A DNA stretch of 64,000 bases, from assembly GCA_051530055.1 (NCBI GenBank), contig CM121342.1:13965480-14029479 (forward strand). The letters run 5' to 3'. The notes below the pieces were generated by a model. That model was not told where the DNA came from. It made no database searches and saw only the letters and a list, made by a program, of their open reading frames with translations. This DNA comes from Neoechinorhynchus agilis. Its lineage: Eukaryota > Animalia > Acanthocephala. Positions 25,271 through 37,117 of this stretch are shown in pieces. Within the stretch, counting starts at the first letter, position 1. Every line of letters begins with the position of its first letter. Both the position numbers and the translations under genes were made by a program.

Positions 25271-25452
25271 TTAAGTCTTCATGTTAGCACCCATACCAGA
25301 AAGAGAACGTTATAATTTGATAATAACTTTAAGCTAAAGAATCGAAGTTTAACAATTTAAGGAATTAGTTTTTAATAGCTTAAGCTAATCGTTTGTAGTG
25401 TCCATTTGAGATATTACAAAACCTGTAAATGAACCGGAATACTAACGAATTT

Positions 25453-25703
25453 GGAATTATTATTTAGAAGTCTACGCCCGCGGTAAATGATTATTTCGAT
25501 TAAAGACGTTTCGAACCTCGTCGAGTTCATCGTCAGTTTGTTTGTTAGTATCGATAGAGTCTATTACTAACAAACAAACTGATGATGAACCCGACGAGAT
25601 TCTCAGAGCGTTTTTAATCGAAATAATCATTTACCGCGGGTGTAGACGTCTAAACAATAATTCCAATCACATTCCTCCCGGTACCTCAAATATCGACATT
25701 TTT
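25453..25703. mobile_element. Head-to-head pair of Penelope pLTR-like arms forming a 212-bp imperfect palindrome (25453-25664)
   Basis: Arms of about 95-100 bp are reverse complements around a short spacer. The right arm continues into ttcctcccggtacctc..atatcgacattttt, which is shared with the 418-bp unit. Confidence 0.85.
25500..25545 (-). ncRNA. Minimal type I hammerhead ribozyme motif with intact core
   Basis: Minus strand reads aaa CUGACGA u GAAC ucgacgag GUUC GAAA C GUC uuu. Core nucleotides, the G10.1-C11.1 pair and a GUC triplet are present. Helix III is the loopless palindrome ACGU. Helix I is only about 3 A-U pairs. Activity untested. Confidence 0.65.
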
Positions 25704-26164
25704 AAATAACGAATTCTGCATCATGAGTATTGTGAGCAATTTAACTGTTACTTCGTCTCACATGTAAGCTCGCTTCTTTAAAGTGAACAAGAAATAAGTT
25801 ATTTTCTTTAAAACAGAGTAGTTTCACATTGTGGATTTTTTTAATATCGCCTGAAGTACGTCTCATCGAGTTCCAAAGCGATCATTTACGACATCTACAC
25901 AAACGAAACAGTTTTATCGAATTCTTGAAGGCAAAGCTTTATTTTTTTAATTTAATGACAATAATGCATCTAAGCGAACGCCTTCGAAAAATGTTAATAA
26001 ATCAATTTTATTTAAAACCCGTGTTAATCTTCATCGAATGACTGGGCATCTTTATCTAATGAATTCAGTTCAATTGCATCTTTAATAACTTTTATAGCTT
26101 CCTCATAGTACAGCTTTCTTGCAAAAATTTTAAACCTCCTTTTAAAATTTCAGCAGCGCTGCAT

Positions 26165-26749
26165 TTAGTGATCTTTCAAGTCAAAAGCACGATAAAGCAG
26201 TTTCCCCTTTTTCCATAGATCGATTACGGGAAGGTTTCGTATTTGGTTACGAACAAAACTGAAGTACGGATAGACGGAACAGTCGACGATTATTACCATA
26301 ACCATCGAGTGCTCGTCGTTCAGGTCTTTTAAATACTTAAATAATTTAACCGGAAGACGGTTATCCCCCACCTTCGATTCTGGTCCATTATTTTCACATC
26401 CAAAAGTCCATGTAAAGTAAACTACTGTAATTCTCCTGCTTTTAATCGATTCATTAAATTGATCCCATCCTTTAAACATTGCCACGTTCGAGAGTTCTTT
26501 TATTCCTTCAGGAAGATAGTTATTTTCAGATAACGAAACCAAGTTTCTTGACTCCCGTGGAGGTGGAAAAGTCGGCCTGCAAGTGTTTTCCACTTGAATG
26601 CCATTTGAACTTTCGACTGAGAAATCTGAGATTTTTAGGTCTTGAATCAGTGGTCTTACTTCTGGGAATGAATCATTTTCCATTTCCTGTGCTTCGCATA
26701 AATGCCATTTTAACTTACTTATTTTCATATCAGTTACCATAGTGATCAA
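26165..26749 (-). CDS. Divergent thioredoxin-fold protein without CxxC
   Basis: WDQFNESIK..ITVVYFTWTFGC...VIIVDC...IRNLPVIDLWKKGK follows the thioredoxin beta-alpha pattern, with a cis-Pro-like LPV. Confidence 0.45.
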   Translation of the reverse strand: MITMVTDMKISKLKWHLCEAQEMENDSFPEVRPLIQDLKISDFSVESSNGIQVENTCRPTFPPPRESRNLVSLSENNYLPEGIKELSNVAMFKGWDQFNESIKSRRITVVYFTWTFGCENNGPESKVGDNRLPVKLFKYLKDLNDEHSMVMVIIVDCSVYPYFSFVRNQIRNLPVIDLWKKGKLLYRAFDLKDH

Positions 26750-27004
26750 AAAGCCAAAAATAAAGAAGTTGAAACGATTTTCAAATCTTATAGGGTCAAT
26801 TTTATGAAATATTTATTTAAAGTTTAATTTTACGAGTAGGTGGTGCTTCCGCACCTTGAGGTTTGGTTGGTGAATTCGGGTTTAAGCACATAAACCACCA
26901 TCCTCACGAATTCTGTTAATTTTGTTATGCAGCACGGATCCCATTTCCGACAAAGTGCATTTATGAAGATGTCTACAAATCAAAGAAATCGCAAATCATT
27001 TTAC

Positions 27005-27628
27005 TTAGTGAAAGAATAAAATGAACAAACTGAACATTTTTAGAAAAATCCCGAACGTGATTTGCAATGTTCCGTCATGCACGGGGCACACTGATCCACT
27101 TGCGCCAACTCTGTATACCATTCCCTCTGATAGTTTGGTTTGAAGTTCATAAAATTCAGTAAAGTTAAAATTGGAAGTATTTGTTACGTTTGGATATTTG
27201 ATTTCGTTTGGTTGTTCATAATAAGCCAACATATAATGGTGAGTTCCGTTGTTTGGAATAGTTCTTGTGTAGTTGGTTATCACTTTTGATGAAGCAACTT
27301 TGAAATTCACGGCCAAGAAATGTAACTTGACGGTTTGATTTGGATGAAACTTGTCTGGGTGATCTGGATCGTAAATAATTAATGAATGATACATTGATTT
27401 TTTGTTTATTGGTTCCGATATATTTGGTTCTTGAGATGTAAAGTGGGGATTGACACATTGATTCAGTGAAACATTATTGCTATTGAATCTTACTTTTATC
27501 GATGGAACCTTCTTGTCCAATATTATTCTCATATGATCGATGGCCAATTGAACCGAAGAAATACTTTTGACACTGGAGACATTGAAAAACGGCAGTATGA
27601 AAATGGTTAGAAAAAAACGAGCTGACAT
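27005..27628 (-). CDS. PEBP/RKIP-family protein with signal peptide and hydrophobic C-terminus
   Basis: YHSLIIYDPDHP, LHFLAVNF and NYTRTIPNNGTHHYMLAYYEQP correspond to the PEBP DPDxP, LHWL..NI and GxHRY..Y.Q motifs. Confidence 0.8.
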   Translation of the reverse strand: MSARFFLTIFILPFFNVSSVKSISSVQLAIDHMRIILDKKVPSIKVRFNSNNVSLNQCVNPHFTSQEPNISEPINKKSMYHSLIIYDPDHPDKFHPNQTVKLHFLAVNFKVASSKVITNYTRTIPNNGTHHYMLAYYEQPNEIKYPNVTNTSNFNFTEFYELQTKLSEGMVYRVGASGSVCPVHDGTLQITFGIFLKMFSLFILFFH

Positions 27629-29148
27629 CGAAAACGGTTAGAGCGACTATCTCATTAAAACGGACTTTTTATAACCCCGTTTTTATTTTCACGCCGTAAA
27701 TACTTGACGAAAACAAGGTAAAAACTTAAAAATTTAATTTAAAATGATCGTGACGAGAACAGTTCAGTAACTAAAAATCGGCGCAAATTGCAGCATTTTT
27801 AGAGGAACTACGTTGTCGCAGACATCACGTCGGTGAGCTACATGATCGGTAGAGACCTCCATGAGTAGTTATATTTCAAAGATCAAACATCAGCGCTGGA
27901 CTTTGTGAAGAAACGAGCAGAAGTAATGAAATTGATGGAGAAAACAACGAAGCGAAGAAGCCAGAAATTTAATAAATGCGAGACGGGATAGCCTCGTAAA
28001 AGGGAATTGTTATGTAAAAGGTTTCCTTGGCCTTCAAGAATGAAGACTGCAGATCACGATTCCATTTAGGTCTGCGAATATTGATGGTCGCTTGTCCAAT
28101 TACGAAGCGAGAAGCAAATCGATATTCGATGTTCTGTCCATGATACCAATGAAGGACCTGTCGCAATCACGATTAGGCGTTATGCTTGGTCTGTGAATTA
28201 GAAGTCGGACTCCAAAAATTAGATAAATTTCCTTACTGTGCAGGATTCCGATAGATCAGCTATCAAAAATTATACTAAAGATCGATTATGTCTGTCTAAT
28301 CGATACCTACGCAATACTACCGATGATCAGATATTTGAAAAGTGACGATATTAAATGGGGAAATAGTAATACAACATCGAGCTTAAAATGTTCATTTTCT
28401 AAATAATTATCGTCGTTCGTTTGAGGAATTGAAACAATTATAGCGAAAATAACCATTTGTAGTGAGGTTATCGATTATTTTGTTGGTTTTTGGTGGTGCC
28501 ATTTCGAGGCGAAGGAGAACTTCAGGCGACGAAAATGATATTAAAAATTTTACTTGAAAACAGAACACCTTAAGCTGATGCCGTGAAGTTTTAAGAAATA
28601 ATCACGTTCATGCCAGAACAATAGTAGTCCAGTCCTCAGAGTACTTTTCCTCGGTTTCTTATAGTCGTACAAAAAATCTGCATCTCTTGTAGTGAAGTTC
28701 GAAGGAATGCGAAACTTTACAGTCTCGCGTATTATCAGTCACTTTTACAAATAAAAATGAAGAAAATCCGCGGGAAGCTCTTTTAAAATCGCAATCCACA
28801 GAATAACTCCATGATGCTTGTGGTTTAGACGACAATCCTAGATAATGTCGGAATTACCGGACGAAATATCGGTAATCAATTCGTCAATTTAAATTCGAGG
28901 GCGATCATAAAGCAGTATGTTGAAGACTATAAAATTTGAGTTCAATGTGAACTTTTTACATTCGAAAATTCTCCACTCATCGATAACTTGAGTTCTCGAC
29001 TGACATTAGGAAGCTATTAATTTTTTTAACAAAATTGCAGTTGTTATGATTAACCGAAAATTCTAGTCTCAACTTCGGGGCTACACACAAATCTTTGGAA
29101 ACCGAAACCTTTTCAAAATGTATTAACATTTTTCTCAAAACTTGTGCA

Positions 29149-30786
29149 TCAATGTTCTTTATTAGCGAATGCTGCTGCCAACGCAGCACCGATTCCTGAT
29201 CCGCCTCCAACAACAGCAATCTTATATTGTATTGATTTGTTCAAAAGAAGATTACAGTAGAACTCGACCGTCTGCATAAATTTTGGGTGCTTCCGATAAA
29301 AGCTGCCATCTATTCCGATAGTTTGATCGTCTCTTTTCATTTTTTCGAGAGTAGCAGCCATTGTGGCAGCCAATAGTTTGGCCGCTCTCTGCGTTACGGA
29401 TTTGCAGACAGCGTGAAGGATCGCATAATCGTCTATTGCAGCTTCCTTGAGACCTAATAAATCCATTATCATCTTTGTCCTCTTAAATGAGACGCCTCGG
29501 TCCTTTTCGATCTCACAGATATAATTTGCACTAAAACCCATTGGAGTGTAAAGGACAGACCTATCGAACTTATTTACCATTGGTGTCTTTCAACAAAAAC
29601 GATGTGCTTTCCAAGAAAAGACCTCAATGGTTTACTTGTTTTCCTTATTGGCGTATTTGAAGCCGAAAAGATCTTTTTCATAAAGGTCGACTAAAACCAT
29701 TCGGACAATTTCACCAAGGTACATTCCATATATAAGCTTTCCGAACTTTTGTTTCCCTGGATTTATTGAACTAAGGTCGATTTGCCGGTCAAAATCCGTT
29801 GTTATTTTTTCGAGGCCACAATCTTCGTCAGTATCACCATAACCTCCCAATTCAATATTGACTATCATATACCGGTCATCGGAGTTAAGATTGTCGAAAT
29901 TTTTGATATTTTTTACTTCTTCGATATAACAAGCGTTTGTCCCTGTTCCCACAATCATCCCCATGGAACAGTCAGGATACTGAAATGCTGTTGCCATCAG
30001 AGTGGCAACGGTGTCGTTGACCAGAGCAACGACCTTTATGTTCAAACCACGCTCCTCAATAGATTTCTGAAGCCATTGAACAACATCGGTACCTACCACA
30101 TCCTGGCAATCAAAGTTTTTGGTCCATTGTATAAGATTCCCACTATTGAGAGATTTCTGGAGGCATGGAAATGAAAACGTAAAACCCAGATATCTTAGTT
30201 TTTCCCTGTCCATTTTGTGAATCCGCATAAACTCATCTATTTTCGAAGAAATAAATCCGAATAGCGTTTTGCCGTCACTGTGCATAATCGATAAATTTAT
30301 TTTGCACTTCATCATCAGTCGTTTGGTTTCAGAACTTCCTGTCATGGATAATAGAAGTACCCGAAAGTTTGTTCCACCAAGATCGATGGCTAAATATTCT
30401 CCAACCTCGGATCGATCAAGCGGCTTAGTAACAAATGTCGGTATCATCTTTAAGTCAGAGTGACCCTTTTCAGGATCTAAACCCCTGTCCATTGATCGTT
30501 GAAACTGACGTTTAATCATGGATAGATCAGAAAAAGATATGTCAAACTTCTCCAGGATATTGCATATTTCGGTGGCATTGTTTGGCAAATAAGTTCCTTG
30601 AATCTGGTGTTTGAAAACGTAGCACATGTCTTCTGCTAAAGGTCCGAGTTTTCCAAAGAAGTTGGTGCCACGCCGGAAATTTGTGATAACCGATTCATTT
30701 CTTGGCGGCAGGATTCCTATCGACTCACAAATGGTAGATAGTTTGTCCTTAGTATAGTTTTGCACCGCAAGTAGGTTTGGGAGCAT
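29149..30786 (-). CDS. Hexokinase (single module), 2 exons (predicted intron 29561-29635)
   Basis: LKMIPTFV, YLAIDLGGTNFRV, LGFTFSFPC, WTKNF, VNDTVATL, IVGTGTNACY, GMYLGEIVR and IGIDGSFY. A 75-nt GT-AG intron gives an in-frame ...KENKSVLYTP junction. Confidence 0.95.
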
Positions 30787-31049
30787 TGTATAATGAGATG
30801 GTGGATATGCTGAAGTTGGTTGAGAAGTGTACTATACAGTCTCTTTTATAGTCCCGGCTCGAAAACTATTTTTCACGCTCATCACGTTGTTGTCAAACTG
30901 CCTTTATCTGGTTGTTAAGACTTGTTTTCTTGTTTTGATGCCCTTTTTGAAGCGGAGTTGGCACTTTTTCTAGGTAAGCTACTTTTTCGAATTGAAATAA
31001 TCCGACAAAAAAGCAAATTTTCCTTCTCAGTCCTCCGTATCCCAAAATT

Positions 31050-31960
31050 AAACGAACATTTGAAGGATTAGGTTTGGCGTCAAGCGTCCTTGTCTGTGTC
31101 GTCCGGCGGGATAGGTGCCTTAAAAGCATTAGATATTTCTTTGTCGGCTGATTTGAGGTGGCATGAAGCAAGCAGAAAATTGTTCAATGTTTTCTAGACG
31201 AGGATTACAGGTTGGATGGAGATTTCGTTTAGGCTCTTTGTCCTTTTCGATGTTTTACTTCCCCATTGCATTTTGGGACACCTCAATGGCATCCATTCCA
31301 TATTGTAACGAGTAATGCAGTCTCCGAATCTCAAGTTTTAATTCTGTAATTCTTTATTTTTCTCTCCGAAGAGACAGTAAGGATTGCAGTGTCCTTGAGA
31401 CTTGGGATACCGATGTGCACATCCCATCGCTGCCGTTGCGGAGTGACCGTGGATCCATCGGGGCGTCGTGGTCTCGTCTGTCGGCAATCAGGCGGGAGGT
31501 ACCCAGGACACTCCGAATTGAACGCAATTCTCTTAGTCGTGCCTTGAATACTGTGAATGCGCCCAACATCCTAGAGCCGAGCAATCTTTGCCTACTTGAT
31601 GGCCGCCGTAGACCGGGCGGTGTCACAGTATTCACGTTCATGGAAACGCTCGCAGCTAACAACATATAATTCTCCGCTGTTAAAACGGGGGAGCAGAAGC
31701 ATCTGAAGCTGAGGAACGCAAAAAAACAAAAAACAGAGACCGTAATCGAAATCATTATTTTGTTCCCTTTGGCGTCGAGACGCTCGGGTCGTTTGGTAAC
31801 GCAGGACCTGGTCAAGCGATTGTCTAAGAGATTGAGACGAACCACTGGCGATCCGCGATCAGGAGCATTCCTCCTACAAAACATAAGTCTTGCTGTGCAA
31901 CGAGGGAACGCTGAATCCGTCCTTTGGAACGTATAAATCAGGACGAACAGCTGAGTGATC
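31050..31960 (+). mobile_element. Decayed CRE-clade retrotransposon 3' fragment
   Basis: WRQASLSVSSGGIG, EETVRIAVSLRLG..CRCG, VETLGSFG and LAVQRGNA pieces in shifting frames. Confidence 0.8.
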
Positions 31961-32199
31961 CATATTTTAAAAATGCCTATCGTTTCTAATCTCTGCAATC
32001 GTTTACAAACGAGATAATTTTTTGTTTTCTGCAAAGAGTCCGATTATTTGTTTCCTGCGAGGAAACATTTGTGCAATCAAAAAAGCAATAAGATGTTTCT
32101 TACCCGAGATATTTGACTATCTCAAGACTAAAAATCGACTCCTCACACAATGCTTATAACTTTACAGAGAAAAAAATTCATCTGATGTCATTTATGTTT

Positions 32200-33392
32200 T
32201 CACACACTTTCTTAAGCTTCTCCCTATTCTGAGTCGCTTCAATATCCTCACGCGGTCACTAATTTAGGGAGACAGTCCTTCCAACGCTTCTTGGGTCGTC
32301 CTCGCCTTCGTACTCCTGATATCTTTATGTTTGCAGCCACTTGCTCCAGTTGGTTAGGATCCTGTCATTTTATGTGTTCGTAGAATCTTCAATGCTGTTC
32401 GCAAAAATCAAGTCACCGATTTTGTCCACATGAGCAGATCCTCGCACATATTTGTTTTCGATCCTATCCAGCCGGGTAACTCCTGCCGTCCAGCGGAGCA
32501 TGCGCATTTCCGTCGTTTCGACGCACTTGATTCGCAGACTCGTGTTGCGTTCCACGTTTCGGCCCCGTAAACCGGGTCTTCTCGCGACTTTGTAAATATG
32601 TCATTTCAGCGATAATGGGATTCGACTGTCGCAAATTACGCCGCTGAGGCTCTTCCATTTCAACCACCTGCTTTGAATTCGAGCCGTTACCTCTGCACTC
32701 ATATCGTTCGCAGATTTGACTATGGAATCCAAATAACGGAAGTGGTCTTGACGATTTAGGGCTCTTTCCTGAAGACTGACAGCATCAGGTCCCACATAAA
32801 CTGTCTTTTCCCTGCAAATCTTTAAGCCATTATCTTCGAACGACTCTCCATTTCTCGAGATCCTCGTTGAGGTCTTTGCGGGAGAAACCTCTCAGAACGA
32901 TGTCGTCCGCGAACATCATGTCCCAAGGGGGTCCTCTGCTCACGCTACTAATTATCTCGTCCAGTAAAGTACAAACAGGTACGGACTAAGAGAATATCCT
33001 TGGTGCAAACCAACATTTACTTGGAAAGCATCAGTATCCCCAACAGGCGTTCGGATGTTTCACTTTTGTCGTACATATCCTGAATCGCCTGAACATACTT
33101 TCAGCACACAGCTTTCTCCTCAAGCACGACCAAACCAATCGCCTCGGTACCGCGTCGAACGCTTTTTCGAGATCCACAAAAACGCAATGGAGCTTTTTTT
33201 GCTTTTCGTGGCATTTCTCGACAGCTCCTTCGGGGCATAAAGCCCCTTTGGTCGTCCCAAATGGTTGTCTCGCTTCTTATCCGCTTATCGGTGATCCTTT
33301 CGAACAATTTCAGTGTGTGGTACATTAATTTTATCCCTCGATAATTGGTGCATGGCTGAATATCACCCTTCTGCTTAAGTTTAAAAACCGCT
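32200..33392 (-). mobile_element. 5'-truncated, frameshifted RTE-clade LINE (RT and C-terminus)
   Basis: KGDIQPCTNYRGIKLM.HTLKLFERI, QRGFMP, FVDLEKAFDAVPR, VGLHQGYSLSPYLF, MMFADD, HFRYLDS, WLKWKSLSG and TTEMRMLRW..GVTRLDRIEN. Confidence 0.92.
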
Positions 33393-33572
33393 TTGGATCG
33401 CTCAGCTGCTGTCCTGATTTATACGTTCTAAAGGGCGGTTGCATAGTTTCCGTCCGCTGCATGAAGCAGAAATGCTAATGCCCTCTGATCGTCAGTGAAT
33501 CGCCTGAGTTTCTTGGACAATTGATTGGCCAAGTCCTGCGCTGCGGTACCAAACGACCCGAGTGTCTCTCGC
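33393..33572 (-). mobile_element. CRE-clade 3'-terminal fragment
   Basis: Reverse complement aligns by eye to 31775-31960 (gagacactcgggtcgtttgg...tagaacgtataaatcaggacagcagctgagcgatcc). Confidence 0.7.
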
Positions 33573-34866
33573 TAGTGATTTTATTAAGAAAACGTTCGTA
33601 CGGTATACTCGAAATTACGGGAATTCCTTTAAGCTACCTTCAAAATGTAACATTTCAATATGAATCATTGAATCTGTTTTTTAGTGAATCTCGATATAAT
33701 GAGTGAAATGCATTTATACCTTCGTAACTATTGTTAGTGTTGAGAAAATTTAAAGATGGATAATTTTAATTGAATCCTTTTTTATAATTGTGAGCAATCA
33801 ATACTTGTTTAGTGAAAAGACTATTGTTCAACGTGGGAATGATGACAACAATTGATCAACGACTATAATTAACCTATTTAATTCGGCCGTATGATCTAAA
33901 CTGAATAAGAAAATAATTCTAATATCTTCAATCAATGAGGCAAAATACATTAAGACAGTTTGTCAACATGTCATTAGTAAATGTTTATGAAATTACGTTC
34001 AGTTCGAACGAATAGACCATTCTGACATTTAGCAACTTTTAATCGCAATATTGAAGTTGAGTATCAAAAAGATTTAAGACTTATCCAGCGAAATTCTCGT
34101 GTTCTTACTAAAGATGTACGTTTATTAAAATTCTCGTTTGACAGTTTCATCAGCTTTCTTGTATGCGTCGATAGATCTTCAATTAAATATTTTGTGCAAT
34201 CGCAGGGAAATCGGCAGGCAAAAATGAGCCAAGTTCGTTTCAATTCTATTTCAATTCATGTTGGTTTAAGTTCATTTTTGATGATGTGAATGATGCCGTT
34301 TCAGCCACTACAATTTTTGACTTCGTTGCAAAAATGCATTCGAACTAAATACTTTAAGCTTAATAAGGTAATTTAAGAAGATCAAGATATCCCTATAACG
34401 TGGGCGATGGATCGAAAAAGCTCGCAGATGAGTTTAAAATGAGCATTTTCATTTGACGTGCGTCCGGAGTTGGAAAAACAAAACATACGTTCGCGATGAA
34501 TATTAATGGAAGGAGATAGCTAAGGACAGAGTAGTTCGACATTATCTGTTGGTTGCATTAGACGACGGCATTCAAATCAAGATACATTCGAAATCTTTTT
34601 GAAAGCAGTTATATAACTAACGAGATACGAAAAGAAAAATTAAGAACTAAAAAGTCGATTTCTACGGTTTAGAAATACAAATAGATTCTATGAGGCCATA
34701 GAAGTTTCTCTGTTTTCGAATATATTAATGGAGCATTTCGATGCAACACGGATCGTGGATTTGTGGATTCTGTAGAAGTGTCGTTCTATCCACGTGAGTA
34801 ACTCACGTTCTTTCATTTTCACAACAATTGACGTCCATCTGAACTCACACTGTCGTAAATTTTTAC

Positions 34867-35127
34867 ATGAATTTCGAAAGCGCAGTTGAAGCAGTGAGAA
34901 GGATCACGTCTGGTCCAACAAATGAGGAGCTGTTAAATCTTTACGGGCTCTACAAGCAAGCCAATGAAGGGGACTGTATTCAAGAAGTCCCCTCGCTTTT
35001 TAATTTTAAAGCAGTTAAGAAGCATGAGGCTTGGGTAGGAAATAAAGGGATGACCAAGGAGAAAGCCAAGGAGTCTTATGTGAAACTTTCCCAGGAATTG
35101 ATCAGTCGATATGGCATCTCGGAGTGA
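34867..35127 (+). CDS. Acyl-CoA-binding protein (ACBP/DBI family)
   Basis: PTNEELLNLYGLYKQANEGD...KHEAW..NKGMTKEKAKESYV in an 86-aa ORF. Confidence 0.95.
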   Translation: MNFESAVEAVRRITSGPTNEELLNLYGLYKQANEGDCIQEVPSLFNFKAVKKHEAWVGNKGMTKEKAKESYVKLSQELISRYGISE

Positions 35128-35529
35128 AAATTAAAATGATTTGAATAAACTTTTGGCGTCTCGTTTGCTGTCCAGGGAAATTAGCATACGGCACTCTTAG
35201 TACCATTCAACGAAAATTAAAATTTGAAATTTACAGCGATAAATTTTTCTTAATCGAACAAAATCTCTTTTTTTAAGATCAACTTCACATAAGTTAAGTG
35301 ACTAAGTATCATATTTTCAATACCATTAAGTTGCGATCATATACATTTTTAGCAATCGATCATTAGTAGGTTTGTCGAGGAATTGTCGTCTATTTCGGTT
35401 CTGCCATCCTTCTTTTGGGCATGTTAATGAATAAAAACGAGTGTCTTCTCTTTAGTTTTAAAATAAATTTTAACGTTGAACAAAAAAGCTGAGATTTCTT
35501 TTAATACTGTACTTTCATTCATCAACATC

Positions 35530-35835
35530 CCCTACTCCCTCGAAATCGCCGGTGGTACCGCCAGTGCAGCGGAAGGGAGGAAAATACGGAAATATATTCA
35601 GTTATCGAGGGCTCACTATTTTGTCCCCTTCGGAGTAGAGACGTATGGAGCGCTTGGCAGCTCGGCACTCTCTCTGCTCCAGGATCTCTCGAAGAAATTG
35701 AGAGAGGCAACCGGAGACTCAAGAGCAGGCGTATTCCTTCGATAAAATATCTCGCTAGCAGTACAACGGGGCAATGCTGCTAGCGTGATGGCGACGGTCG
35801 AGGAAGGACAAAAGCTGGAATTTGGCGAGAGGTGG
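35530..35835 (+). mobile_element. CRE-clade RLE 3' fragment
   Basis: AEGRKIRKY..HYFVPFGVETYGALG...*NISLAVQRGNAASVM. Confidence 0.82.
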
Positions 35836-37117
35836 TGAGTGTGTTAATTGTCGAGAGATGAAGATTGATTGAATAATATTTTTTGACCGTTAAAAAAAAT
35901 TTTGCAGCCACCATAAAAAATTAATTATGATATAATAACTTTTAAAACTCAAATGTGCGAATAGCAACGAAATTTGAAAAAGCAAAAATAATAGTCATGT
36001 CTTCACGGCCAATTCAGGATGCTTTATGCGAATGCTCTAACATATTTTTGAAAAACTCATACTACAATCTAACTGGGCATTTTAGTTAGATGAAATTATT
36101 TACAACCTTTAGTGCAAGTCAAACTTCAGAAATCTGTGATTTTTGGGAAAAAAAGGCGAGAAGTGATCTTCGATGTACGGTTGCATGTAGCAGTCTTCAG
36201 CATCAATGTAACCTTCAATTTACGAGGTTTTACGTCTTGGTATATGATCTCTCCATGTTCATTAATAAGTTCGTTCCTCGATGCACATCAGAGCCCTCTT
36301 CAGTATGAAATATATAAGAGCTTATGGGGAATACTTTAATCTTTGAATCCTTGAGAATTTTAGACGGATGGTGTTAAGTTATCTGGCACTTGCTAGGAAC
36401 TAAAAACATAGGTTCCATTAGCTATAATGCACTTTTTAACGAATTCTGCTGACAAGGTAATCATTTCCATTATTGCTCGTTTCAGAAATCGCAATTCGAA
36501 ATGTATCTGCCATGAATATTTACATCGCGGTATCGCATTTATTTCTTAGAGGTGATTGTTGTATTCCAACTAAAGGCAGTTTGATTATAATTTGCAATGA
36601 ACTAGAAAAAAGAATACAGCGTTCTTAATGTTAATCGGCAATATCTTCTATAGTAGTTCGCACAAAAAACACCAGATTAACCTTGCCGAAATATTAGATT
36701 AAATAAATAAATTGCTTCCGTTTTTCCGCCATATAAAAACATGAACAATGCAATATTCGAGCATATAATCTATGTGTTTAGCGCGGTTTAAATTACATGA
36801 ACAGACAGCAAAAAATTAGCATGAACTTTTAGGAAATGAACAACTACAATTGATAAAGATACAATGTCTTAAATTAATAACTTTAAATTTTCAGTTATGC
36901 TGTTAAACGCAGATTGAAAATATTCCGACTTTGAAAATGTTGTTTTTTGAAAGTCATGTGAAATCAAATCTGCAATAATTGCACTTAAGGTTAAAAAATT
37001 GAGGATGTTTCTCCAGCTACATTTCGCTGATGCTCAATGTAAACACCAAGATAAAAAAATTTGTTTGTTTAAAAAATTATGAAAAATCATACTAAAGCGA
37101 AAATAGTTTTTAAGGCA

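Noticed and set aside
27969-28166. LINE APE endonuclease N-terminal fragment (ATINIRR)
   Set aside because: The similarity is too short and no ETW or GDFN motif is nearby.
29561-29635. Hexokinase pseudogene or frameshift
   Set aside because: A 75-nt GT-AG intron restores the frame and the expected spacing.
31327-31371. Spliced-leader sequence fused to CRE copies
   Set aside because: The 3' part (ttt ctc tcc gaa gag = FLSEE) is in-frame CRE coding sequence, so the AT-rich part does not end at a leader-like AG, and it does not match any SL that I know.
31354-32034. 226-aa minus-strand protein (and similar ORFs at 55694-55927, 11479-11841 and 62561-62920)
   Set aside because: These are antisense shadows of GC-richer retrotransposon fragments.
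34440-34500. P-loop NTPase relic (IFI*RASGVGKT)
   Set aside because: The first Gly of Walker A is absent, the motif is preceded by a stop, and no Walker B or supporting ORF is visible.
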